Shown here one piece after another: positions 57,660-64,000 of a DNA stretch of 64,000 bases. A model generated the notes under the pieces. It searched no databases. It saw only the letters and a program-made list of their open reading frames with translations, and was not told where the DNA came from. The DNA comes from a virus. Taxonomy: Duplodnaviria > Caudoviricetes. The stretch spans positions 32,001 through 96,000 of the IMG/VR virus record IMGVR_UViG_3300031998_000003. One strand, written 5' to 3'. The translations under genes were made by a program, and so were the position numbers. Every line of letters starts with the position of its first letter. The first letter of the stretch is position 1.

Positions 57660-58716
57660 CTTTTTTGACCTCCTTGTTGATCTGCGCTTCATATTCAGCC
57701 AGCTGATCATGTGCGTCCATACCATATTTGTCTTTGATGTATGAATCTAATAGAGAAACCGGAGCGACCGCTTCCATTTGTGCATCCATGACATCATCCA
57801 CTGTTAACTGCAGATCATCTTCATCAACAGTTTCAGTCAACTTGAATTTTAGGTTCGGGTCTGATCTGTTTGTATTGATTATACCACGATATGTTTCCAT
57901 ATCCTTTGGAGCAGCTTCGATAATGAATCGTCGAGGATGATCACATTCTTGTGCTGTGATTTCTCGCAATTCTTCTGGGTTATGAATCTCAACCGTCTCA
58001 TATTCAAGAGCGAGTGGATTCGGTTTCGTGAAGACTTTGAAGTTGTCGTCACAGAAGAAGAATACACGAGGTTCATCCTCACCATATTTCCACCGCAACC
58101 ATGGTCCTGTGTAATATACACCATTTCCGAAATCAGTGTATCCGTGATAATGACCGAACACACATAACTTTGAGATGCTACCAAGCTGCTCCACAGAATG
58201 TATGATCTCATAATTAGCTGCTTTGCATGGACTCTTCGTCTTGGAAGCCATCGGTCCATGACCAACAATCAGATCATACTTCTTATTGAGAAGCTCATCA
58301 TAGTTGTTCGTATATTCCTGTGGAAGGAACAATGCTTTGATACCACTTCCGATGATTGTTCCTTCACAGGCTTTATTGATCAACCAGACTTTTGCATTCG
58401 GAAGTTTATCGAGTGCTTGTGTGAAGATCTCATATTGGGATTGGTCATGGGAATCCGTACCGTGAATGAAATATACCGGTACATGCTCCATACCATTCTT
58501 TCCACAGAAATTACACACAAGATTCACCATGAAGAACATTGCGAATTTAGCATCTTCCACAGAAAGTCTACCATCAAACAAATCACCACAGACAAAAATC
58601 GCATGACACGGTTCTTTACACTCTTTGATGGTTTCAAGAAACATGTATAAAGAATCCATGAATTGTGATTTGGGTAATTTCACACCTATATGAATATCCG
58701 CCATAAATGCATACAT
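57652..58716 (-). CDS. SbcD/Mre11-like nuclease
   Basis: ADIHIG, GDLFD, GTDSHD, GHG and GHYH metallophosphoesterase motifs. Confidence 0.8.
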   Translation of the reverse strand: MYAFMADIHIGVKLPKSQFMDSLYMFLETIKECKEPCHAIFVCGDLFDGRLSVEDAKFAMFFMVNLVCNFCGKNGMEHVPVYFIHGTDSHDQSQYEIFTQALDKLPNAKVWLINKACEGTIIGSGIKALFLPQEYTNNYDELLNKKYDLIVGHGPMASKTKSPCKAANYEIIHSVEQLGSISKLCVFGHYHGYTDFGNGVYYTGPWLRWKYGEDEPRVFFFCDDNFKVFTKPNPLALEYETVEIHNPEELREITAQECDHPRRFIIEAAPKDMETYRGIINTNRSDPNLKFKLTETVDEDDLQLTVDDVMDAQMEAVAPVSLLDSYIKDKYGMDAHDQLAEYEAQINKEVKKDE

Positions 58717-59078
58717 TAATCAGCCACCGCCCTAGTTATGATAGATTGATCCATTCTTGATCCAAAGATATATCTGTCTGCCAGCATGAATGGTAACAGC
58801 AACATGTTATAGTTGACATTGATAATCCAGTCAACTCTTTTCAAAACATATTGTTCACCATCGATCTTTTCAAACACATACGTCCCGATCATATTCGGAA
58901 AACCCTGACAGTCGATCATGTACACATCGTATATATGTCCTGCATTCAACTTATGTACGATTTCACCATTCTCTTTGATAGTTCCGTCAGTTCCGTTTTC
59001 ACTCAGAATGAATTCAATCGAACGGTTCATTTGCATATAATTTGCAAAATTTATTTGTGACATGGTTATCACCCCCAA
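58716..59078 (-). CDS. Hypothetical protein
   Basis: Coupled ORF. Confidence 0.6.
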   Translation of the reverse strand: MGVITMSQINFANYMQMNRSIEFILSENGTDGTIKENGEIVHKLNAGHIYDVYMIDCQGFPNMIGTYVFEKIDGEQYVLKRVDWIINVNYNMLLLPFMLADRYIFGSRMDQSIITRAVAD

Positions 59079-59464
59079 TAATATTTAGCACTTGCGGATA
59101 GATCTCCTTTGTATGAATCCGCGAGTTTTTGTTTCGGAGGCTTATGTTGTTCCTTCATTAGGTCTTCATATAATCGTTGAATTTTATATTGCACACATAC
59201 CTCATGTTCAACTTTACAACCAGCAGATTTTTGCCATCCTGTTGCGAATACGCATACCGTTGCATCACGCATCATTGCAATGCTATCACCTAACATTGCA
59301 ATTCGTCCACGACCGACGATTTCTTCAGACTTCGTGAAAGAATCAATGACATCAATATCCTGACCAGTATACCAGTCTCTAACTTTCTGGATAATCTCAT
59401 TTCTTCTTTGCAGAATCTGCTCGTCAGTCAATCCAGCCATTGGCTGAGAGATGAATACTTTCAT
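59069..59464 (-). CDS. DUF4406 / nucleoside deoxyribosyltransferase-like protein
   Basis: KVFISQPM.G and GWQKSAGCKVEH. Confidence 0.75.
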   Translation of the reverse strand: MKVFISQPMAGLTDEQILQRRNEIIQKVRDWYTGQDIDVIDSFTKSEEIVGRGRIAMLGDSIAMMRDATVCVFATGWQKSAGCKVEHEVCVQYKIQRLYEDLMKEQHKPPKQKLADSYKGDLSASAKYYWG

Positions 59465-59817
59465 ATTATACCTCCATACACTTCATTATATTGCAAGAAC
59501 CATAAGGCTCTCTTTTGTGTTTCGTTCGCTTTTCCGGTGTACCCATTTTCCCATACGGATATACATCCGGTTTTATCACATAGCCACTCATTCGGATCCA
59601 TACCCGAATAATCTTTCGTATATTCTTCGAAGATCTGATCCATCGATTTACCATAGATTGAAGCGAGTTTCGTCATATGGGATGGAACTGCGTATTCAAC
59701 TGTTCCGTCTGGACGGATGATCACTTCGAGATAGTGAATGAATGTCTTTTTATGGACTCTGACATCGAACGGAGAATGAAGAACTTTTTGCTGTTCCTCA
59801 TAAGATGGTAATTCCAT
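59461..59817 (-). CDS. Hypothetical phage protein
   Basis: YLEVIIRPDGTVEYAVPSH; RBS GAGGTG. Confidence 0.65.
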   Translation of the reverse strand: MELPSYEEQQKVLHSPFDVRVHKKTFIHYLEVIIRPDGTVEYAVPSHMTKLASIYGKSMDQIFEEYTKDYSGMDPNEWLCDKTGCISVWENGYTGKANETQKRALWFLQYNEVYGGII

Positions 59818-59836
59818 AATATCACCTCAAAACATT

Positions 59837-59862
59837 GTATAGCGGGGTTTCCCCCGCTATAC
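59837..59862 (-). terminator. Terminator hairpin
   Basis: gtatagcgggg-tttc-ccccgctatac. Confidence 0.65.
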
Positions 59863-59865
59863 TAT

Positions 59866-60144
59866 TTATTTCGACTCTTCATACATTTTCTTGGTAGCAA
59901 GACCGCCACGAATATGTTTCACAGACCAGTTATAGTCAAGCTGTTTCAGCAGCTTTTTGTACTTACGTTTTCCACCACCTTTTACAAATGGAAAATATTC
60001 GTGGATGAAAACATGTAAGGTTGATTTTGATAGTCCATATACATGTGCCGCTTGACGAATCGTACATTTCGTCCGAATGATAAACTCACATGCATTGATG
60101 AAACTATCCATGTATTTGTTGATGACGCTGTATCGAGGGCCCAT
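59866..60144 (-). CDS. spoIIID: SpoIIID-like sporulation transcription factor
   Basis: TIRQAAHVYGLSKSTLH...LDYNWSVKHIRGGLATKKMY matches SpoIIID TVR..A..FGVSKSTVH...LDY....RH.RGG.ATK.KY. Confidence 0.88.
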   Translation of the reverse strand: MGPRYSVINKYMDSFINACEFIIRTKCTIRQAAHVYGLSKSTLHVFIHEYFPFVKGGGKRKYKKLLKQLDYNWSVKHIRGGLATKKMYEESK

Positions 60145-60156
60145 TTGTATCACTCC

Positions 60157-60843
60157 TTAGTCTGGATATGGATCTACATAACACTCTTGTTCGAATTTAT
60201 CCGGACACACCTTGACGGTTTTTGCATATGCTGGCTGTGCTTTGATTACCATATTGAGATCGATTGGGGTCTTACGTCCACCAACCGCAGCAACATCAAT
60301 CTGATTTGTATAAGGGCACCAATATGTTTTATATCCATGAATGTGTCCGTGAATATTCAAACGGTTATTGTTTTCTTGTGGCATGTGAGAGAATAAAATA
60401 TTATCGTATATGAATTTCGGAGTGATGTACTTGAATCCGATTGATGTGTAATAGTCATCCGGGTACAGATCATTGTTTCCGCGAACCAATACCTTTTTAC
60501 CTTTCAATTGACTGATTACATCCGCAAGTTCTTTCTTACGTTCAACCTCTCCGTCTGTCAAATCACCAAGATTGATAACCAGATCATCGTCGGTTACAAT
60601 GTCATTATATCGGTTGATGATTTGTTTGAAATCGGAACGTTGTGTCTTCTGTTTTGTTTTCTTGTCATACATCCAAAGATGCCAGTCCGTGCACAAGTAA
60701 ACCTTGTGACCTTTGTTCAGTGTTGAACGAATCAACGCTACAATCGGTGAAGATTCTTTTGTCTTCGACTCTTTAATCTCCTTACCGATCTCCTCTTCAT
60801 GACGTCTGGAATACTCCATCATCACCCTATCAAATTTGTCCAT
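60157..60843 (-). CDS. Calcineurin-like metallophosphoesterase
   Basis: TDWH, LGDL, GNND, SHMP and HGHIH. Confidence 0.85.
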   Translation of the reverse strand: MDKFDRVMMEYSRRHEEEIGKEIKESKTKESSPIVALIRSTLNKGHKVYLCTDWHLWMYDKKTKQKTQRSDFKQIINRYNDIVTDDDLVINLGDLTDGEVERKKELADVISQLKGKKVLVRGNNDLYPDDYYTSIGFKYITPKFIYDNILFSHMPQENNNRLNIHGHIHGYKTYWCPYTNQIDVAAVGGRKTPIDLNMVIKAQPAYAKTVKVCPDKFEQECYVDPYPD

Positions 60844-60867
60844 ACATGTTCTCCTTTCCGGGATTAG

Positions 60868-60909
60868 TTATGAAATCGTTTTTCCACTAATCTCGGAATA
60901 ATGATATAT
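60868..60909 (-). promoter_or_regulatory. Tandem early-type (60900-60909) and late-type (60868-60881) promoter motifs
   Basis: ATATATCATT and AAACGATTTCATAA. Confidence 0.45.
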
Positions 60910-60923
60910 CGGTGTAAGAAAAA

Positions 60924-60947
60924 ACATGGGGGCATATGCCCCCATGT
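60924..60947 (-). terminator. Intrinsic terminator
   Basis: acatgggggc-atat-gcccccatgt with an A tract. Confidence 0.7.
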
Positions 60948-60949
60948 AA

Positions 60950-61654
60950 TTATTTCCGTTCTTTCAATTCTAAGATACAGTCACGCCGACGCTGAAGTGT
61001 CCGGCGTACTTTTCTCAGCTCCGTAGGATCTTTGATTTGTTGCATGTGGCGATCAGCCGCAGCATCAAATAACCTGATATCAACTCCGCGAAGAGAAACC
61101 GTATTCATGATCGCAATCCGTTTATTCAACGGAACTCCGATCGCCTCCAGCCAACGTTCAAAATTGTTCGGAAGATCAGGTATAAACACATTACCCGCTG
61201 CGAGCCATGCCATCAGGAACATGTGATTCGGTATATCATCAATCTTTGTACTGGAATTATCCTCATTATCAGCAACAGGATGAATAGGATGAGATGACGC
61301 AATCTCAATCCACCCACCACTTGGTGCAATATAACCTTTTTCTTCGAGAGATGTCCCGGTCAGAAAATATCCGAGTATTTGTGTATGACCTTTGTCACAG
61401 AGTATTGTTGTTTGTGGATTGAAATCCGGATCAGTGTTTGCAAGATATACACGACCACCAGCTGCATCACAAGCTTTCCACATTTCGTACACATACGATG
61501 TATCTTTCTCAACTTCTTCGAGACAATATGCATACAGCTGATCTCTCTCAGACGGATTGAAAAGATAACCGTCAATTGTTGCAAAATCTCCTGTAAACGT
61601 GTCATTGATTTTGACAGGAATTTTGATAACAATCGGAGTTCTTTCAGTTAGCAT
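60950..61654 (-). CDS. Hypothetical protein
   Basis: RBS GGAGGTG. Confidence 0.65.
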   Translation of the reverse strand: MLTERTPIVIKIPVKINDTFTGDFATIDGYLFNPSERDQLYAYCLEEVEKDTSYVYEMWKACDAAGGRVYLANTDPDFNPQTTILCDKGHTQILGYFLTGTSLEEKGYIAPSGGWIEIASSHPIHPVADNEDNSSTKIDDIPNHMFLMAWLAAGNVFIPDLPNNFERWLEAIGVPLNKRIAIMNTVSLRGVDIRLFDAAADRHMQQIKDPTELRKVRRTLQRRRDCILELKERK

Positions 61655-62288
61655 TATTATCACCTCCAATTCGCGTTGGACCAACCGAGAATTCATTTAC
61701 AATTTCAACGATCTTGTCAATCCAATCATGGAACATCTTGACATTGCGTTCATCATTGAACAGCTCGGAAATCAATGCTTTGAAATCATCAATCGTATAT
61801 TGTCCTGCAAGTTTACAAGTGTTTTCTCCAGGATACCGGGATTGTATGAAGTTCTCGATATAATCGGTTGCTGTCTCGAAATCAAATAGAATTTCTTTGC
61901 AAGTGTCCATCTTATCCATACCAAGGCGAATGTTTACCCAGAACTGGATAATTTCATCGCCAAGCTTCGGCGAATCCATCACATCAAAATTGTAGAACAT
62001 TCCCAGCCGTAACCGATAAAGCTCCTCACCATTTGACGTGATTTCAGCTTCCCAAATCATATCCTCGTTGAAATCAGTTGATTCTTTGAGATTAATTGTG
62101 ATCGGTTCCGGATGAATCGGAATACCATCACAAATGTTTGTCGTCTCGTCGTAGTACTCGAACATCTTGCGACCGACAAGAATATGAGTTGCTTCATCAC
62201 ATTTAGCCACAGTCTCCTGAATTTTGTCAGCGACATTGTTCATTTGCGTCAGGATACTCTTAAAGTTTCCATACCATAATTCATTCAT
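61644..62288 (-). CDS. Hypothetical protein
   Basis: RBS GAAAGGAG. Confidence 0.65.
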   Translation of the reverse strand: MNELWYGNFKSILTQMNNVADKIQETVAKCDEATHILVGRKMFEYYDETTNICDGIPIHPEPITINLKESTDFNEDMIWEAEITSNGEELYRLRLGMFYNFDVMDSPKLGDEIIQFWVNIRLGMDKMDTCKEILFDFETATDYIENFIQSRYPGENTCKLAGQYTIDDFKALISELFNDERNVKMFHDWIDKIVEIVNEFSVGPTRIGGDNNAN

Positions 62289-62334
62289 AAAAATACTCCT
62301 TTCAATGGGTGGGGCGTTGGCCCCACCCCTCAAC

Positions 62335-63999
62335 TTAAAATGGCTTGAACAGATTATCCGGAACTTCATCCGGTGTGTAGATAGGAATGTTCAGCTTCTT
62401 TGCTCTGGATACTTTATCGGACTGGAAATTCTTGTCCTTTACGATCAATGCTTTCAAATCGTTTGTGAAACCACCGACCTCATAACCGTTGTCAACAAGC
62501 TGTTTTTCAAGCTCCTTATCACGGAACCCTGTGAAGCATACACGTCCAGCATAATTGCCCCATGGTGTTGTTGGTTTCAGCTTCTCCGGAATCCAAGACA
62601 TCAATGATTGAATCTCTTCTTTATTCCGAAGATATCCGTCAAAGATCTTTTGAATTTTGATCTTACCGACCGATGGAATGTAACCCGTATTCAGAATCAT
62701 CTCGGGGAAACTTCCATCGATCATTGCACGAATAATCGGTTCATCACCCAGAACACGAATAACTGCAGACCAGGTTTTTTCATCCGTATCATTGAATGGC
62801 ATTGCTCCAAGGAATCTTGCAAGGGTTGCTTCAGACAAAGCTTTATCAACCGACTTCACCATGTTGTCATATGATGTATACCCAAATCCTTCTGTTTGAG
62901 CAATGCAATCATCCCATTTTCGCAGATCATACAGATCTTCGATTTTAGTAACGAATTCATTGTCATACAACTTCGTCAGAACTCCTTCACCAAGTCCAAC
63001 CATTCTCATCTTTTCAGCATGGCGAATAATGGCACCCAGCTTCAATCCTTTACATTCAGGATTCTTACATCTGACAATGACGCCTGAATTGTAATCCAGA
63101 GCTGCACCACATATCGGACAATTTGTCGGCAGCGGTATTGGATAATCACCATCGTGATACGATTCCAGAAAATATGGTACGATGTTATACATGATTCGTA
63201 TCGTATCACCATGCCGAAGTTCCATAGATCTGACGCGATCGAGTGTCGACAACGTTGCATGATCAACCGATATTTTATCATCACAGAACTTCACGGTGTC
63301 GAATATTGCTACAGGTGTGATTCGACCCTGTTTACCAAACTGATAGTCGATCGACCGAAGCTTCGTTTCTTTGACATCGTTTAGAATCTTGATTGCAACT
63401 TCAAGTTCTGGATCGACAAATGTCGTAGATGGCTCTGTTGATGATTCGGAATTTATCGACGCAACAACACCATCAATCGAAAATGTCTGATCAAAGATTT
63501 TTGTCGTTGCAGATTCAGCCAATCGATCTTTGATGAATGCTCCGATTGAACTGAAATCGTCTGCAAACACATGCTCACAGATTTCATTCAATAATTTCGG
63601 GATATATTGTTTACCGCTAACGTATCCTCTTAACGGCACCAACGTGATGAATTGTGCCATTTCAATATTTCTGGATGTGATTGTTGCAGATACAACATCA
63701 CGTGGACGTTTATATGTGAGATTCAATGCATAATGCAGAAACTGTTCATGAGACAAAATTGCCTCGAACTTCATTGCAGTTGTTCCAGGTTGTGCAAATG
63801 ATTTGACTACTTCAAGATGGTGTTGGAATAATTCTGTCACGTCAACAGATTCACCATTATCATAGTCACCTCTGGTGAAGAATCGACCGGTTGTGAAATC
63901 AAGTGCAACTGAACATCCATCGAATTTCGGTTGCAATATGATTTTACATTGATCAAGTGCTGGATGTGACTTCATGTTTGTGTCAAGCCATTTCTTATA
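62335..63999 (-). CDS. ligA: NAD-dependent DNA ligase (5' end outside the window)
   Basis: KFDG adenylation motif, TRGD, IDGVV, GRITPVA, CPIC..C...C Zn finger, HhH region and BRCT (VCFTGFR). The frame is open to the window end. Confidence 0.92.
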   Translation of the reverse strand, partial: YKKWLDTNMKSHPALDQCKIILQPKFDGCSVALDFTTGRFFTRGDYDNGESVDVTELFQHHLEVVKSFAQPGTTAMKFEAILSHEQFLHYALNLTYKRPRDVVSATITSRNIEMAQFITLVPLRGYVSGKQYIPKLLNEICEHVFADDFSSIGAFIKDRLAESATTKIFDQTFSIDGVVASINSESSTEPSTTFVDPELEVAIKILNDVKETKLRSIDYQFGKQGRITPVAIFDTVKFCDDKISVDHATLSTLDRVRSMELRHGDTIRIMYNIVPYFLESYHDGDYPIPLPTNCPICGAALDYNSGVIVRCKNPECKGLKLGAIIRHAEKMRMVGLGEGVLTKLYDNEFVTKIEDLYDLRKWDDCIAQTEGFGYTSYDNMVKSVDKALSEATLARFLGAMPFNDTDEKTWSAVIRVLGDEPIIRAMIDGSFPEMILNTGYIPSVGKIKIQKIFDGYLRNKEEIQSLMSWIPEKLKPTTPWGNYAGRVCFTGFRDKELEKQLVDNGYEVGGFTNDLKALIVKDKNFQSDKVSRAKKLNIPIYTPDEVPDNLFKPF

Positions 64000-64000
64000 A

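Noticed and set aside
1-64000. Stop-codon reassignment, CRISPR array, integrase/transposase, introns or inteins
   Set aside because: Genes are long and tightly packed in the standard code, I saw no repeat-spacer array, and the RNAP, PolB, RecA and ligase ORFs appear uninterrupted.

Overview
This window looks like a 64 kb segment of a jumbo phage of the phiKZ/AR9(PBS1) type that encodes its own multisubunit RNA polymerases. The probable host is a spore-forming Firmicute, most likely Clostridia. The host evidence is strong AGGAGG ribosome-binding sites, a CHAP/SH3/PG-binding endolysin and a SpoIIID homologue. Left to right it holds (1) a minus-strand virion/lysis block (tail fibre, endolysin, 2653-aa structural protein); (2) a 1390-aa RNAP beta-like subunit and putative head proteins with repeated [VI]QE motifs; (3) a plus-strand operon of PolB catalytic subunit, SSB-like protein, sigma-like factor and RNAP beta'-N; (4) RecA/UvsX and about 20 kb of small minus-strand accessory ORFs containing two expanded paralogue families and ThyX; (5) NADAR, SbcD-like nuclease, SpoIIID, a metallophosphoesterase and an NAD-dependent ligase. 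The most intriguing signals are a putative protease-processed head polyprotein carrying an SMI1/KNR4 (SUKH) module, two unannotated structured RNAs (one with a pseudoknot and complementary kissing loops), and two candidate phage promoter classes. All family calls come from motif recognition by eye; no database searches were run.
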